Shown: positions 1-13,743, counted from the first letter of the stretch. The stretch is DNA of 64,000 bases from Escherichia coli (GCF_003018235.1 NZ_CP027437.1), one strand, 5' to 3'. Program-made: numbers and translations. Notes: generated by a model from the sequence alone, not told the origin.

Positions 1-250
1 CTCCCGTATTTTCGTTGGGTATTCATAATAATCCATTATTTTGTGTGTAATAAATGTACGCCCGCGAGGGTGCGAGTTATGGGGTTAAAAGAAAAATGTG
101 AGTATCACCCGCGAAAGCGAGGGCGAAAGAAAAAGAGAATTAACAACCTGAGCGAATGCTCAGAACCGGTTAATGGTGAATGGAAGAGTTTGGGGCGGCG
201 AAAAGATACACCGAATGAGTGGATAAAACAACCGTTTGTAAAATGAGCAA

Positions 251-280
251 ATAAAAAGGGAGCCGCAGCTCCCTTTGACA
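251..280 (-). terminator. Rho-independent terminator downstream of emrB (GC hairpin gggagc/gctccc followed by T-run on minus strand)
   Basis: Inverted repeat plus U-tract read directly; sits just 3' of emrB stop. Confidence 0.6.
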
Positions 281-283
281 ACC

Positions 284-1822
284 TTAGTGCGCACCACCTC
301 CGCCGCCACCTGCGCCAAATGGCGGTTTAGCAAACCACACCAGCCCCAGCAAGACGAGGAATATCCCGGCTGACATCCAGAAGATCTCATTGGCGGAAAT
401 AATCAGCCCCTGATTGGTGATCTGCTGGGCAATCCAGCCTGATGCCTGCTGTTGCGTCATTCCCAGTCCTTCCAGTTGACTGTACATCGCCTGGGCATTC
501 GGGTTGAACGGGTTTACCGACTCGGTTAACTGTGCGTGGTGCATCGACTCGCGGTTGGTCCACATGGTGGTGGTGATGGATGTGCCGATAGACCCCGCCA
601 GCGTTCGCGTAAAGTTGGAGAGGCTCGATGCCGCCGCCAGTCGTTCCGGTGGCAAACCAGACAGCGTAATGGTGGTCAGTGGCATAAAGAAGCAGGCCAC
701 CGCAAACCCCTGGATAAACTGCGGCCAGGCCGACGCGCCAAAATCCATACCTGGTTCAAAGGTATAGGCACGCCAGTAGAAGCAGACGGCATACATAATA
801 AAGCTGAAGGTTACCAGCCGCCGCATATCCAGTTTATGCGCGAACCGGCCGATAATCGGCGACAGGATCACCGGAATAATTCCTACCGGCGCAGAGGCCA
901 GACCTGCCCACGTTGCCGTGTAACCGTAGACCTCCTGCAACAACTGCGGCAGCAGAACAATAGCGCCGAAGTAGAGCATATACGCGAGGCTGATACACAA
1001 GCAGCCGATGGTGAAGTTGCGCGACTTAAACAACGACAGATCGACTATCGGGTTATCGTCGGTCAGCTCCCAGACAATCAGGAAGCAGATAGCCACCACT
1101 GCCACCACGGTAAGGATGATAATTTCCTGTGATGAGAACCAGTCCAGCTCTTTACCGCGGTCGAGCATAATCTGCAGGCTACCGATACCAATAACCAGCA
1201 GTGCCAGCCCCACGGCATCAATCCGCCGCCGTTCGGTGCGGGTTTCACGTCCGCGCAGGGTTTGCAGTGTCATCAACACCACCGCCACGCCAATCGGTAC
1301 GTTGATGAAGAATATCCAGCCCCAGTGGTAATTGTCACTGATATACCCGCCGAGGATCGGGCCGCAAATTGGCGCGACAATCACCGTCATCGACCACAAC
1401 GCCAGCGCGATCGAGCGTTTGGCTGGCGGGTAGTTATTCAGCAATAGACTTTGCGAAAGCGGGATCAACGGCCCGGCGACAATCCCCTGAATCACGCGGA
1501 AGAAGATCAGCATATTCAGGCTGCTGGAGACACCACACGCCCACGACGCAATAGCAAAGGCGATGGTGGACCAGAGGAACAGTTTCACTTCCCCGACGCG
1601 CTTTGCCAGCCAGCCGGTAAGCGGGATCGAGATGGCATTCGCCACCCCGAAAGAAGTGATTACCCACGTTCCCTGGCTGAGCGATGAGCCCAGATTCCCG
1701 GCGATAGTGGGGATCGCCACGTTAGCAATGGTGGAGTCCAGCACCTGCATGAATGTCGCCAGTGACAGCGCAATCGTCATAATGACCAGTTGCGCGCCTT
1801 CCAGCGGTTTTTGCTGTTGCAT
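284..1822 (-). CDS. emrB: Multidrug efflux MFS transporter EmrB (14-TMS)
   Basis: ORF 284..1831; translation recognised as EmrB; start trimmed to MQQQKPLEG; synteny with emrA/mprA. Confidence 0.93.
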   Translation of the reverse strand: MQQQKPLEGAQLVIMTIALSLATFMQVLDSTIANVAIPTIAGNLGSSLSQGTWVITSFGVANAISIPLTGWLAKRVGEVKLFLWSTIAFAIASWACGVSSSLNMLIFFRVIQGIVAGPLIPLSQSLLLNNYPPAKRSIALALWSMTVIVAPICGPILGGYISDNYHWGWIFFINVPIGVAVVLMTLQTLRGRETRTERRRIDAVGLALLVIGIGSLQIMLDRGKELDWFSSQEIIILTVVAVVAICFLIVWELTDDNPIVDLSLFKSRNFTIGCLCISLAYMLYFGAIVLLPQLLQEVYGYTATWAGLASAPVGIIPVILSPIIGRFAHKLDMRRLVTFSFIMYAVCFYWRAYTFEPGMDFGASAWPQFIQGFAVACFFMPLTTITLSGLPPERLAAASSLSNFTRTLAGSIGTSITTTMWTNRESMHHAQLTESVNPFNPNAQAMYSQLEGLGMTQQQASGWIAQQITNQGLIISANEIFWMSAGIFLVLLGLVWFAKPPFGAGGGGGGAH

Positions 1823-1838
1823 AACACGCACCTCTGGA

Positions 1839-3011
1839 TTAACCAGCGTTAGCTTTTACGATATCGTCGATCAGTTTATTGACAGGTGCCAGGCTGATTT
1901 CACGCGCGGTGCTTACCGCTACCGGTGTGGAACGTACTTTATTTGCCAGTACCTGACCGTCACGGTTAGTGGTATTGACGCTCACCAGCGAGGATAAACC
2001 GATACGCAGCGGGTATTGCTCCAGCTGTTTTTGGTCCAGTTCGATACGAACAGGCAGACGCTGAACGACTTTGATCCAGTTACCAGTCGCATTTTGCGCC
2101 GGAAGCAGTGAGAACGCGCTACCTGTCCCCATATCCAGACCAACCACTTTACCGGTGTATTTCACATCATCGCCGTAAATATCGGTGGTGATGGTGACCG
2201 GCTGACCGATGCGCATATTGGCAATCTGCGTCTCTTTAAAGTTGGCATCCACCCACATATTGGTGGCTGGAACGACCGCCATCAGCGGCGTCGTTGGGCT
2301 AATTTGCGCACCCGGTTGCACGGCACGACGGGAAACATAACCGGTCATCGGACTGACAATACGGGTACGCTCCAGCGCCAGCCAGGCGTTACGTACTTCG
2401 GTGGCAGCCTGTTGCACGGCAGGCTGATCTTCCAGTTTAGTCCCCAGAATCATCGCCTGATTGGCATTGTATTGTTGAATCGCGACGTCCAGTTGCGCCT
2501 GGGCACTGGTAACGGCGTCGCGGGCGTGTTGCAGCTCTTCGCGACCAATCAGGTTGGCATTGCCCAGCGGCACACGGCGGTTGTAGTCGCTTTGTGCTTT
2601 CGCGAGGGCGATTTTTTGCACCTCAATATTCGCCTGCAACTGTTTGCTGTTAATCATCAGCTGGTGGGTTTGGCGAACGCTGGAAGCCAGTGCAGTTTTG
2701 GCTTTTTCAAACGCCTGGCGAGCATCTGTCGGGTCGAGAGTGACCAGCACATCGCCTTCTTTTACAAAATCGGTGTTATCGGCCCAGACTTTCGTCACGC
2801 TGCCAGACACCTGAGACATAATTTGAATCTGATTCCCTGCCACGTATGCGTCATCAGTTTCTTCGAAATGACGCAGTACTAAAAACCAATAAATCCCTAT
2901 CGCTACGGCAATAATTATAAAGAGCAAGGTGAGAAGGAGGAGCAGACGCTTACGTTTGCCGCTCTTCTTTACCGGTTGCTGCGGGGTTTGAGTCTCCGCA
3001 TTTGCGCTCAT
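1839..3011 (-). CDS. emrA: Multidrug efflux membrane fusion protein EmrA
   Basis: ORF 1839..3023; EmrA-like sequence, start trimmed to MSANAETQ; adjacent to emrB. Confidence 0.93.
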   Translation of the reverse strand: MSANAETQTPQQPVKKSGKRKRLLLLLTLLFIIIAVAIGIYWFLVLRHFEETDDAYVAGNQIQIMSQVSGSVTKVWADNTDFVKEGDVLVTLDPTDARQAFEKAKTALASSVRQTHQLMINSKQLQANIEVQKIALAKAQSDYNRRVPLGNANLIGREELQHARDAVTSAQAQLDVAIQQYNANQAMILGTKLEDQPAVQQAATEVRNAWLALERTRIVSPMTGYVSRRAVQPGAQISPTTPLMAVVPATNMWVDANFKETQIANMRIGQPVTITTDIYGDDVKYTGKVVGLDMGTGSAFSLLPAQNATGNWIKVVQRLPVRIELDQKQLEQYPLRIGLSSLVSVNTTNRDGQVLANKVRSTPVAVSTAREISLAPVNKLIDDIVKANAG

Positions 3012-3137
3012 ATTGTTCTCCACGATCTTCTTAACTCATCGGCTGAGCCGACCTGCTTGCCAAAAAGGCCAGCATGTTGCGATGCTGGCCAGTCATTTTT
3101 TCTTTTATAAATCTGGATTTTTGAGCGAGATGACGCG

Positions 3138-3668
3138 TTAGCTCATCGCTTCGAGAACCACACCGTCTTGTTCCATCTGGTCGAGACGGGAGAGCAATTT
3201 GCGGGTGATTTGCTCGAGCTGATCTTTTTCTGTTGTGCTGAGCGCGGACCAGAGTTGATGCAGGCAGTTATGCTGCGGTGGTAAAACCTCGCGCAAAAAC
3301 TCGTGACCTTTTTCCGTTAATTGCAGATGCAGGCAGCGGCGATCGTTATCGCTTTCACGACGTTCAATCCAACCGCGTTTTTCCAGTTCATCGGCAATAC
3401 GCGTCGCGTTGGTACGGGATGATCCAAGAGCACAACTCAATTCAGAAGGCTGAATACTGTGGTTTTCCTGAGACTCCAGCGTAATCAACGCCATAAACAA
3501 CGTCTCGTTAATCCCCTGAGCCTTCAGCATTTTATTGCGGTTCTCCAGCAGCTTGCTTTGCATGTGCATGCAAAGACGGGTCAGAAGGATCTCCTGATAA
3601 GGAAAATCTTCGTGGCGGCTGGCGCGAAATTTTAGCATTTGTTCAATGGGCGTAAACGAACTATCCAT
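3138..3668 (-). CDS. mprA: MarR-family repressor MprA/EmrR
   Basis: 176-aa ORF, MarR-type wHTH, directly upstream of emrAB. Confidence 0.92.
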
Positions 3669-3758
3669 TTGGGTATGACCTCATTAATTTCAGCCGATAT
3701 AGTAACGACAGTGACAAATAAAGTAAATGTATTGTTTTAGAAAAATGATTCTTGTGGG

Positions 3759-4094
3759 TTATATAATCGCCATCACTTTCCAGGCGAGCCCGTAGGCCAG
3801 CGCACTAAGCAGTGTTGGGATGATAATGCTGCGTGTTTTATAGAAACTGGCACCCAGTACCGCGAAGCCGACCAGCGTGGGCACGAAACGGCGTGTATCG
3901 TGCATCACTTCTGGTGCGGTAGAGACAACCAGCAGAGCGCATATCGAGGCGATGCCAATGGTGTCGAGCAATATGCCTATCGCGCCACGTTTGGTTGGGC
4001 GGGCATTACCCACACGCAGGCGCAGCGGCAAATAGCGGAAGCAATAATTCGCCGCGCCAACCAGTAACCCAAGCAGCAGAACCTCATAGCTCAT
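3759..4094 (-). CDS. ygaH: Branched-chain amino acid (L-valine) exporter small subunit YgaH
   Basis: 111-aa hydrophobic ORF overlapping ygaZ stop; K-12 synteny. Confidence 0.85.
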   Translation of the reverse strand: MSYEVLLLGLLVGAANYCFRYLPLRLRVGNARPTKRGAIGILLDTIGIASICALLVVSTAPEVMHDTRRFVPTLVGFAVLGASFYKTRSIIIPTLLSALAYGLAWKVMAII

Positions 4095-4821
4095 CGGGCG
4101 CTCCTTGCCAGAATGCCTGGATTAACGCAGTGAGGCAGCCACAGACAATGCCTGCCAGAATGGCGACGGGAATAGAAAATAGCGTTACGCCTGCAAGGGC
4201 ACCAACTAACGCTGCGGTAACGCAAAGAGATTGTTTGCGCTGGAAAGAGGCGAGCAGGAAACTCATAAAGAGTGCCGGAAGCATAAAACCTAATGCTGCT
4301 TCAACGGCGGGATATCCTTGCAGCAAGCCGCTGCCGGAGAATGCCCCTATTACCGTACCAAATACCCACGATGACCATGAACTGAAGGCAATGCCGATCA
4401 TCCAGTTCTCGCTCCAGCGGCGATTATTGCGTACCAGTTTTGCGGTTGCGGCGGCAAAAACCTCATCCGTCAGGCCAAATGCCCACAGGGCGGTTTTCGA
4501 TTTTTGCAGACGCTGAATAATACGGCTACGCAGTGACGGGCCATACAAAACATGGCGAACATCCATTGCCATGACGGTCAGTGCAGCAACCCACAAACTA
4601 CTCCCGGCTGCCAGCATCGCGGTAATGACGAACTGGCTCGCGCCTGCATAAATGATGCAGGAGAAAAAGACGCTTTCGAGAGGAGAGAATCCCAGACGGG
4701 TCGCATTCAGACCGAACGCAAAGGCCACCGGAATATAACTAATAACAATCGGTAAACTGTCTTTGCATCCTTCCATGAAGGTCGCCGAACCAGGAGCAGG
4801 CTGTGGAGTAGGGCTTTCCAT
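4084..4821 (-). CDS. ygaZ: Branched-chain amino acid (L-valine) exporter large subunit YgaZ (AzlC family)
   Basis: 245-aa membrane ORF; synteny. Confidence 0.88.
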   Translation of the reverse strand: MESPTPQPAPGSATFMEGCKDSLPIVISYIPVAFAFGLNATRLGFSPLESVFFSCIIYAGASQFVITAMLAAGSSLWVAALTVMAMDVRHVLYGPSLRSRIIQRLQKSKTALWAFGLTDEVFAAATAKLVRNNRRWSENWMIGIAFSSWSSWVFGTVIGAFSGSGLLQGYPAVEAALGFMLPALFMSFLLASFQRKQSLCVTAALVGALAGVTLFSIPVAILAGIVCGCLTALIQAFWQGAPDEL

Positions 4822-4944
4822 AGAGTGTACGCTTAACGATTGTTAATATTATAAATAGACTGAATGAATATCTTAACCTTATCAGACTGATGGGCTTCTT
4901 AACACCCTTATAAGTGTAAAGCCACGAAAACGGTTGCTGATTGC

Positions 4945-6129
4945 TTAATTTGCAGCTTCCTGACGATGAAAACCTCGCCACCAGACCAGTAAGTTAACCA
5001 GGGCAATCGTCGCGCCAGCCAGACAAACGCCAGCCCAACCGCCATGTTGCCAGGCTGAGGCTGAAATTAGCGAACCGGCGGCACCGCCAATAAAGTAGCT
5101 GGTCATGTAACCTGCGGTCAGGCGATTACGCGCATCAGGGTGTATTCGATAAATTACCGTCTGGTTAGTGATATGCACGCCCTGCACGGTGAGATCCAGC
5201 ACCAGGATGCCGATAATCAAGGCCAGTACGGAAGTGTGGCCAAACCAGATCGCCAGCCATGAAAGTAATAGCAGCAGCAGACCGAAAGTAGTGGTGTGGT
5301 GCGATTTACCCTTATCGGCAAAACCGCCCGCCGGACGAGCACCCAACGCTCCGGCAGCTCCCGCAAGTCCAAACAGACCAATTACACCATCGCTGTAGTT
5401 AAAAGGTGGAGCGGCAAGCAAAAAGGCCATTGAGGTCCAGAGAATGCTGAAGTTGGCAAAGGTGAGGCAGCCCAGCAACGCACGGGTGCGCAGGATCTTA
5501 TCGCTGATAAACATGCTGAAAACGGAACCCAACAACTGTGGGTAGTTGAGGTGGGTTTCTGATTTCATTTGTGGCAGACCACGCCATAATGCCAGCGCCA
5601 TCAGTGCCATTAACACCGAGGCAACCCAAAAGACGGTGCGCCAGCCGCCGAGGTTTGCCAGCAACCCGGCAACGGTTCGTGCCAGCAAGATCCCCAACAG
5701 CAGCCCGCTCATAATGGTGCCGACCACTTTGCCGCGTTTGTCTGGTGAAGCCAGCGTCGCTGCCAGCGGAACCAGAATTTGTGCCACGACCGAGAATAAA
5801 CCGGTCAATGCCGTACCGAGGATCATCATCGCCAGTGACTGACTGCTGGCAGTGATTAACATACCGCCCGCTGCCAGTAAGGTCATCGAGACAATCAGGC
5901 GGCGGCGTTCAAACATATCACCGAGGGGAACAAGAAACAGCAGACCTGCGGCATAGCCCAACTGCGCGGCGGTAACAATAAAGCCCGCCGAACTGGCGGA
6001 AAGGGAAAAGTTACGCGCGATGGTGTCGAGTAATGGCTGGGCGTAATAGTTACTGGCTACCGCCAGACCGGTGGCGATAGACATCAGCACGATCAGCGCC
6101 GGGCTAAGCTCATGATTAGGTTTAGTCAT
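4945..6129 (-). CDS. ygaY: MFS transporter YgaY, intact 394-aa ORF here (split pseudogene ygaX/ygaY in K-12 as I recall)
   Basis: Uninterrupted 12-TMS-like ORF; position between ygaZ and proX. Confidence 0.8.
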   Translation of the reverse strand: MTKPNHELSPALIVLMSIATGLAVASNYYAQPLLDTIARNFSLSASSAGFIVTAAQLGYAAGLLFLVPLGDMFERRRLIVSMTLLAAGGMLITASSQSLAMMILGTALTGLFSVVAQILVPLAATLASPDKRGKVVGTIMSGLLLGILLARTVAGLLANLGGWRTVFWVASVLMALMALALWRGLPQMKSETHLNYPQLLGSVFSMFISDKILRTRALLGCLTFANFSILWTSMAFLLAAPPFNYSDGVIGLFGLAGAAGALGARPAGGFADKGKSHHTTTFGLLLLLLSWLAIWFGHTSVLALIIGILVLDLTVQGVHITNQTVIYRIHPDARNRLTAGYMTSYFIGGAAGSLISASAWQHGGWAGVCLAGATIALVNLLVWWRGFHRQEAAN

Positions 6130-6580
6130 TATTTTTGTTCATCAAGTGATGATTAAGCTGGAAATCAATAATAGCGGATGTTGATGAATATGGGATGAAG
6201 ATAGATTGTTAAAATGTGCGGGTAATGGGGAGAGGGTATTTGAAGGTGAAATATGCCACTAAGGCAAATGTTACGTTCACTTCCAGACTATAGCTACTTT
6301 GTCACTATTTTGCTGGTGAACGTGCCAGGGTGGCTCAGTCGCCACCACCCTGGCGACCCAGGCTTTTGGCACAAAATCGCCGCTACGCGGTACATTCGAC
6401 TTATTTCTTACGGCTATCGGGTACGGGCGCGAGGTAACATCCCTGTAAGACGCGCCCTCGCCGCGCATCCCTGCGCGTCGCCCCGGCCTTCAGAAAACGT
6501 CTCATCGATTTTCAGCCGGATTAAAACCATCGCTGCAATTGTTTTACTCACATGAGCATTATCTGCGCGGTTATCAATAT

Positions 6581-7573
6581 TTACTTCTGCGCTGCCAGCG
6601 CCTCATTCACCCAGCCATCGAACTGCTGCTGGTGGGCTTTGATCCAGCCATCAACGTGGCCCTGAATATCGCCTTCTGAGGCTTTGCCGTCATGCATAAT
6701 GGCGTTCTGGGCGTTAATATCTGCCACTGGTAACTGCATAATGGCAAACAGTTTCGCTGCTGCCGGGTTTTTCTCGGCCCAGGCTTTGTTGGCAACGATA
6801 TGCATGGTACTGACCGGGAAGCCGTAATTCGCGCCATTCGGCAGTTTGGTATCGGCATTTTTATCGCCCGGCAGTGCGGAGAACGGCACCTGCAACCAGA
6901 CCACATCTTTCCCCGGTTTCAGTTCGTTACTCACCCAGTACGGCGTCCAGGTGTAGTAAAACACCGGCTTACCCTCTTTGTAACGACTGATGGTGTCAGC
7001 CATCATCGCTGCGTAGTTCCCCTGATTATGCGTCACGGTATTGGTCAGTCCATACGCGGCAAGCTGGTGGTTGATCGCACCTTCGCAGCCCCAGCCAGGG
7101 TTACAGCCAGTCAAATCCGCTTTACCGTCGCCGTTGGTATCGAACAGTTTGGCGATCTTCGGATCTTTCAGTTGCGCGATGTTGGTGATTTTGTACTGGT
7201 CGGCAGTTTTCTTATCGATCAGGTAACCCTGTGCCGCGCCGTTAACAAATACTCCTTCACGATAAAATTTCTTATCGCCACCGGCAGCTTCGTACATGTT
7301 GTCATGCAGTGGCGTCCAGTTCACTGCGGTGAAGGTTGCATCGCCGGAAGCAAGCGAGGTGTAGCCAACGTTGTAATCCACTTCGCTGGGTTTATTGACG
7401 GTATAACCTAATTTCTCCAGCGCGCGGCTGACCAGCAGCGTCTGGAAAGTTTCTTCGGTGATGGTGCTCTGAACCGGATTAACAGTAATGCCTTTGCCCG
7501 GCAGGTCGGCAGCAAAAGTTTGTGTAGAGATAAGCGTGGCAAACGCTGTCGCAAAAAGTACGCTATGTCGCAT
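6581..7573 (-). CDS. proX: Glycine betaine/proline ABC transporter periplasmic binding protein ProX
   Basis: ORF 6581..7615; start trimmed to [11 protein letters not shown] signal peptide; proU operon synteny. Confidence 0.93.
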   Translation of the reverse strand: MRHSVLFATAFATLISTQTFAADLPGKGITVNPVQSTITEETFQTLLVSRALEKLGYTVNKPSEVDYNVGYTSLASGDATFTAVNWTPLHDNMYEAAGGDKKFYREGVFVNGAAQGYLIDKKTADQYKITNIAQLKDPKIAKLFDTNGDGKADLTGCNPGWGCEGAINHQLAAYGLTNTVTHNQGNYAAMMADTISRYKEGKPVFYYTWTPYWVSNELKPGKDVVWLQVPFSALPGDKNADTKLPNGANYGFPVSTMHIVANKAWAEKNPAAAKLFAIMQLPVADINAQNAIMHDGKASEGDIQGHVDGWIKAHQQQFDGWVNEALAAQK

Positions 7574-7630
7574 TGTTATTCCTTTTTTTGGCAGGGTGAT
7601 AATGCCCGGCGTCACCGGGCAAGTGCAGAG

Positions 7631-8695
7631 TTACTTAATGAATGGGCGGGTCAGCAGACCGACAGGGCCAGTGGTGTACCAGCGACGGTTGCCGCGACTG
7701 CGTGAGTCGCGCCCAACGGCCTGCGTCAGGCGGTCGAGGATAATGGCGAGGATCACAATCCCGACGCCGCCAACGGTGGCAAGCCCCATATCCAGACGAC
7801 CGATACCGCGAAGCACCATCTGACCCAGCCCGCCGACGGCAATCATCGAGGCGATGACCACCATAGAAAGGGCCAGCATCAGCGTCTGGTTAACGCCCGC
7901 CATAATGGTCGGCATCGCCAGCGGTAACTGAACTTTGAACAGCATCTGGCGCGGGCTGGCACCGAATGAGCGCGAGGCTTCAATCAGATCCGCCGGAACC
8001 TGGTTAATTCCCAGAATCGTCAGACGGATAATCGGCGGCAGAGCAAAGATGATCGTCACCACCACGCCCGGCACGTTACCGATACCAAACAGCATGACGA
8101 TTGGCACCAGGTAGACAAACGCTGGCGTGGTCTGCATGGCATCAAGCAGTGGACGAATAATTTTCGCCGCTCGCGGACTTCTCGCCAGCCAGATCCCCAA
8201 CGGCAAACCTATGACGATACAGAACAGCAGGGCGGTTAACACCAGCGCCAGGGTAACCATGGCCTGCGACCAGGCACCGATTGCGCCGATGGCAATCAGC
8301 GAAACCAGAGTCGCCACGCCCATTCCGACACCGGAAATTTGCCAGGCGATGAGAGCGAAAACGATAATCGCCACCGGAGCGGGCATACCCAGCAGCAATT
8401 GCTGGAAACCGTTGAGGATGTAATCAACCGGAACGCGCACGCCCTGGAAGACGGGACGGAAATGGGTAACGACCCAGTCGATCCCTTCAGTGACCCAACT
8501 GTCGAGCGGGATCAGCGTTTTATGGAACGGATCGAGAATATTAAAATGCTCGACGTTTGGCGCTGGCGTACTGGTCAGCCAGTCAGCACCACCGCCGTCA
8601 GTCGGTGCAGTCGCCGGTGTACCCCAGGCGTCTGCGGATTGTGCAGCACTGTCCGCCGCTGGCGTGGTATCCCACGGATTATTTTGATCAGCCAT
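7631..8695 (-). CDS. proW: Glycine betaine/proline ABC transporter permease ProW
   Basis: 354-aa permease ORF overlapping proV stop. Confidence 0.93.
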   Translation of the reverse strand: MADQNNPWDTTPAADSAAQSADAWGTPATAPTDGGGADWLTSTPAPNVEHFNILDPFHKTLIPLDSWVTEGIDWVVTHFRPVFQGVRVPVDYILNGFQQLLLGMPAPVAIIVFALIAWQISGVGMGVATLVSLIAIGAIGAWSQAMVTLALVLTALLFCIVIGLPLGIWLARSPRAAKIIRPLLDAMQTTPAFVYLVPIVMLFGIGNVPGVVVTIIFALPPIIRLTILGINQVPADLIEASRSFGASPRQMLFKVQLPLAMPTIMAGVNQTLMLALSMVVIASMIAVGGLGQMVLRGIGRLDMGLATVGGVGIVILAIILDRLTQAVGRDSRSRGNRRWYTTGPVGLLTRPFIK

Positions 8696-9890
8696 TATTT
8701 ACCCCCTCACGATCTAAAGCGCGCAGCAGCATTCCTTTCGAAATGATGCCGACATACTGTTGGTCCTCGTCGACCACGGGCACCGCACAGGGTGCCTGTC
8801 CGACATGAGAGAGCAACTCGCTAAGAGGCGTTTGTGCATCGACCGCTAACGGCGCATCAATCAGCGCCGCATCAAGACCTTGCTGCTGCGTTAACGCGGC
8901 TTTAAGCGAATCGATAGACACAGCGCCGACAAACTTATTACCGCGTTCGATGACGTAGCCATATTCGCGATCTTCATCCTGCAATAATTTCAGTGCCGAA
9001 CGCGGGCCGAAGCCGGGGGTTTTACGAATTAAGCCGTTCGGTGTACGACGGGCAATATCTTTCGCACTGAACACCTGGCTAATATCGACGCCACGGAAGA
9101 AGGTACGGACATAATCATTCGCCGGATTATTAAGAATTTCATCCGGTGTACCAACCTGCACCACTTCACCATTTTGCATAATGGCAATTCGGTCACCAAT
9201 ACGCATAGCTTCATCGAGATCGTGGGAAATAAAGACAATGGTGCGCTGATGTTTCGCCTGTAATTTTACCAGCTCATCCTGCATCTCGGTGCGAATTAAT
9301 GGATCGAGCGCCGAGAAGGCTTCGTCCATTAATAATATATCCGGATTAATCGCTAACGCGCGGGCTAATCCCACACGTTGACGCATCCCGCCAGAGAGTT
9401 CATCCGGGTAGCTGTGGGCATAATTTTCCAGCCCGACCTGACGCAGTGCATCAAGGGCTTTTTCCCGGCGTTCTTCGGCATTAATTCCGGCCAATTCCAT
9501 ACCGAACGCAGTATTGTCCAGCACGGTCATATGCGGCATTAAGGCAAAGGACTGGAAGACCATCGCAATCTTTTTTCTGCGCACCTCACGGAGTTCGGCG
9601 TCGGATATTTTGGCAATATCCACACCATCAATCAGCACTTGCCCGCGGGTGGGTTCAATCAGGCGATTGAGAAGGCGTACCATTGTGGATTTACCCGAAC
9701 CGGATAATCCCATGATGACAAATATCTCGCCTTCTTCAATGGCCAGACTGGCGTCTTTTACGCCAAGCGATAGCCCAGTTTTTTCCAGAATTTGTTCTTT
9801 TGAAAGTCCTTGTTCGATATATTTGAAAGCTCGCTGTGGATGCTCACCAAATATTTTATAAAGATTTTTAATTTCTAATTTAATTGCCAT
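8688..9890 (-). CDS. proV: Glycine betaine/proline ABC transporter ATPase ProV (ABC + CBS domains)
   Basis: 400-aa ORF with Walker [10 protein letters not shown] and LSGGMRQR signature. Confidence 0.94.
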   Translation of the reverse strand: MAIKLEIKNLYKIFGEHPQRAFKYIEQGLSKEQILEKTGLSLGVKDASLAIEEGEIFVIMGLSGSGKSTMVRLLNRLIEPTRGQVLIDGVDIAKISDAELREVRRKKIAMVFQSFALMPHMTVLDNTAFGMELAGINAEERREKALDALRQVGLENYAHSYPDELSGGMRQRVGLARALAINPDILLMDEAFSALDPLIRTEMQDELVKLQAKHQRTIVFISHDLDEAMRIGDRIAIMQNGEVVQVGTPDEILNNPANDYVRTFFRGVDISQVFSAKDIARRTPNGLIRKTPGFGPRSALKLLQDEDREYGYVIERGNKFVGAVSIDSLKAALTQQQGLDAALIDAPLAVDAQTPLSELLSHVGQAPCAVPVVDEDQQYVGIISKGMLLRALDREGVNNG

Positions 9891-10246
9891 GCAATAGAAA
9901 GATTCCTGTTATTTGTTTATGTCGATACATTACCCAATGGAAATAGTCACTTTTTTCTACCCTAACATACTGAGAATCTGAGGCAACCCCTGATGGCAAA
10001 TGTGGCATGAATATTGATGTAAGCAAATCGCCGGAATTTCCCGTGATATAAGGGCTGAGAGCAAATCGAGAAAAGTTGATATTTTTTGTCAAAGATAGCA
10101 AAAAAACGCCTGAATATTGTGGTTTCAGGCGAATAATGCAACAGAGTATCAGTGTAGATCACCACAAATTATTTGCGTGATATAAAGCTATTTGGCGGGA
10201 ATTATTTCCCTGCAGCGGGTAGTGATATTTTTTGAAAATAACCCCC

Positions 10247-11215
<969 letters not shown>

Positions 11216-13360
11216 TTAAAGTGCACAGGAGACGCAGCCTTCAATTTCAGTGCCTTCCAGCGCCATCTGACGCAGGCGGATGTAGTAGAGCGTTTTGATA
11301 CCCTTGCGCCAGGCGTAAATCTGCGCTTTGTTGATATCGCGAGTGGTGGCGGTATCGGGGAAAAACAGCGTCAGCGACAGCCCCTGATCGACATGGCGAG
11401 TCGCTTCCGCGTAGGTGTCGATGATCTTTTCTGCGCCGATTTCGTAAGCGTCCTGATACAGCGCCAGATTTTCGTTAGTCATAAACGGGGCAGGGTAGTA
11501 AACGCGTCCTGTTTTGCCCTCTTTGCGTATCTCTACTTTCGCCACAATCGGATGAATACTCGACGTAGCATGGTTGATATAAGAGATAGAACCGGTTGGC
11601 GGCACCGCCTGAAGATTCTGGTTGTAAATGCCGTAGCGCATCACGTCGTCGCGCAGCTGCGCCCACATCTCACGGGTAGGTAACGTAATACCGCTACGGG
11701 TAAACAGTTCGCCAACTTTCGCCGTTTTCGGCTGCCAGTTCCCTTGCAGATATTGGCTAAAATATTCACCACTGGCATAACGTGACTGTTTGAACCCGGC
11801 GAAGGTTTCACCGCGTTCGCGCGCCAGCAACATCGAGGTACGCAGTGCGTGCCAGGTGATGGTATAGAAATAGAGATTGGTGAAATCGAGTGCTTCCGGC
11901 GATCCATAAGCGATGCCTTCTCGCGCCAGATAACCGTGTAAATTCATCTGCCCCAGTCCGATGGCGTGCGAGGCGGCATTTCCGGCTTCGATGGACGGCA
12001 CGCTGCGGATATGACTCATATCTGATACTGCCGTTAAACCGCGCACGGCAGTCTCTACCGTGTGGGCAAAGTCGGGGGAATCCATGGTGTGGGCAATATT
12101 CAACGAACCTAAATTGCAGGAAATATCATGGCCTGTGCGGGCATAGTCGAGATTCTCGTCATACTCTGAGGCGCTGTTAACCTGCAAAATTTCTGAGCAG
12201 AGATTGCTCATATTTATGCGCCCGGCGATAGGGTTAGCACGGTTAACCGTGTCTTCATACATGATGTAGGGATAGCCGGACTCAAACTGGATTTCTGCCA
12301 GTCGCTGGAAGAAATCACGGGCGTTGATGTATTTTTTGCGGATGCGTTCATCGGCTACCAGTTCGGCATAGTGTTCGCTGATGGCGATATCGGCAAATGG
12401 CTTGCCATAAACCCGCTCAACGTCATAGGGCGAAAACAGCGCCATCTGCGCATTCTCTTTTGCCAGATGGAAAGTGATATCCGGGATCACCACGCCCAGC
12501 GACAGTGTTTTAATGCGGATTTTTTCGTCGGCATTTTCCCGCTTTGTATCGAGAAAACGCAGAATATCGGGATGATGAGCATGTAAATAGACTGCGCCAG
12601 CACCCTGACGCGCGCCGAGTTGGTTGGCATAGGAAAATGCGTCTTCCAGCATTTTCATCACCGGAATCACGCCAGATGATTGATTTTCAATACGTTTAAT
12701 TGGCGCGCCCGCTTCCCGCAGATTCGACAGCAAAAATGCCACGCCGCCGCCGCGTTTCGACAGTTGCAGTGCGGAATTTACTGCCCGGCCAATCGACTCC
12801 ATATTGTCTTCAATACGCAGCAGAAAACAGGAAACCAGTTCGCCGCGCTGCTGCTTACCGCAGTTGAGGAATGTCGGCGTGGCTGGCTGAAAGCGTCCTG
12901 ACAGCATCTCATCAGTGAGCTGCGTCGCCAGTGTTTCATCGCCTTGTGCCAGCGTCAGCGCCACCATCGTGACGCGATCGGCAAAATCTTCCAGATAACG
13001 CTTACCGTCGAATGTTTTCAGCGTATAGCTGGTGTAAAACTTCCATGCCCCGAGGAATGTCTGGAAACGAAAACCGCTGGTGTGTGCGTGGGCAAACAGC
13101 GTAATGACAAAGTCGCGAGAGTACCGATTAAGAACGCTTTCATCATAGTAACCTTCGTTGACCAGCCAGTTCAGGCGCTGCTGTTGGCTACTGAAGGTCA
13201 CACTGTTCGGACGCACATGCGTCGCAATAAAGGCGTCAACGGCCTGGCGGTCTTTATCGAACTGAATGCGACCTGCACTATCGTAAAGGTTAAGCATCGC
13301 ATTCAGCGCGTGATAATCCATCGTTTCCTGCGTCAGGCGTTCTACGGTTGTCGTTGCCAA
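11216..13360 (-). CDS. nrdE: Class Ib ribonucleotide reductase alpha subunit NrdE
   Basis: 714-aa ORF with C-terminal redox cysteines (CVSCAL). Confidence 0.94.
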   Translation of the reverse strand: MATTTVERLTQETMDYHALNAMLNLYDSAGRIQFDKDRQAVDAFIATHVRPNSVTFSSQQQRLNWLVNEGYYDESVLNRYSRDFVITLFAHAHTSGFRFQTFLGAWKFYTSYTLKTFDGKRYLEDFADRVTMVALTLAQGDETLATQLTDEMLSGRFQPATPTFLNCGKQQRGELVSCFLLRIEDNMESIGRAVNSALQLSKRGGGVAFLLSNLREAGAPIKRIENQSSGVIPVMKMLEDAFSYANQLGARQGAGAVYLHAHHPDILRFLDTKRENADEKIRIKTLSLGVVIPDITFHLAKENAQMALFSPYDVERVYGKPFADIAISEHYAELVADERIRKKYINARDFFQRLAEIQFESGYPYIMYEDTVNRANPIAGRINMSNLCSEILQVNSASEYDENLDYARTGHDISCNLGSLNIAHTMDSPDFAHTVETAVRGLTAVSDMSHIRSVPSIEAGNAASHAIGLGQMNLHGYLAREGIAYGSPEALDFTNLYFYTITWHALRTSMLLARERGETFAGFKQSRYASGEYFSQYLQGNWQPKTAKVGELFTRSGITLPTREMWAQLRDDVMRYGIYNQNLQAVPPTGSISYINHATSSIHPIVAKVEIRKEGKTGRVYYPAPFMTNENLALYQDAYEIGAEKIIDTYAEATRHVDQGLSLTLFFPDTATTRDINKAQIYAWRKGIKTLYYIRLRQMALEGTEIEGCVSCAL

Positions 13361-13743
13361 AATTCGGTTACTCCTTTACGAACGTTTTCGATATCGCTTT
13401 GCGTACCCATGAGTTCAAAGCGGTACAGCCACGGCACGCCGCATTTCCGGGCTATCACATCTCCGGCGCGGCCATACGCCTCACCAAAGTTGCGATTACC
13501 CGAAGCAATAACGCCGCGCAGCAACACCCGGTTGTGCTCGTCGTTTAAAAAGCGAATGACCTGTCGTGGCACTGCGCCAGCCGTACCGCCGCCGCCGTAA
13601 GAGGGCACGATCAGGATGTAAGGCTCGTCTACCTGAATCCGTTCCCGCTCATTGAGCGGGATGCGCACCGCGGGCAGTCCTAAACGTTCGATAAAACGCT
13701 GCGTATTTTCGGAGCTACTGGAAAAGTAGACGAGCTGGCTCAT
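13342..13743 (-). CDS. nrdI: Flavodoxin-like NrdI
   Basis: 133-aa [20 protein letters not shown]; overlaps nrdE start. Confidence 0.9.
   Translation of the reverse strand: MSQLVYFSSSSENTQRFIERLGLPAVRIPLNERERIQVDEPYILIVPSYGGGGTAGAVPRQVIRFLNDEHNRVLLRGVIASGNRNFGEAYGRAGDVIARKCGVPWLYRFELMGTQSDIENVRKGVTEFWQRQP

Noticed and set aside
43-246. 67-aa ORF at the window start downstream of emrB
   Set aside because: Overlaps the emrB terminator region; basic low-complexity translation; probably intergenic. luxS is expected further left, outside the window.
536-1667. Several ORFs of 60-200 aa on the plus strand or in alternate frames inside emrB (e.g. 536..1132, 1008..1331, 1451..1687)
   Set aside because: They lie antisense to or out of frame within a well-supported conserved gene; Arg/Gln-rich translations typical of GC-rich shadow frames.
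2304-2882. 192-aa plus-strand ORF inside emrA
   Set aside because: Antisense shadow ORF within conserved emrA.
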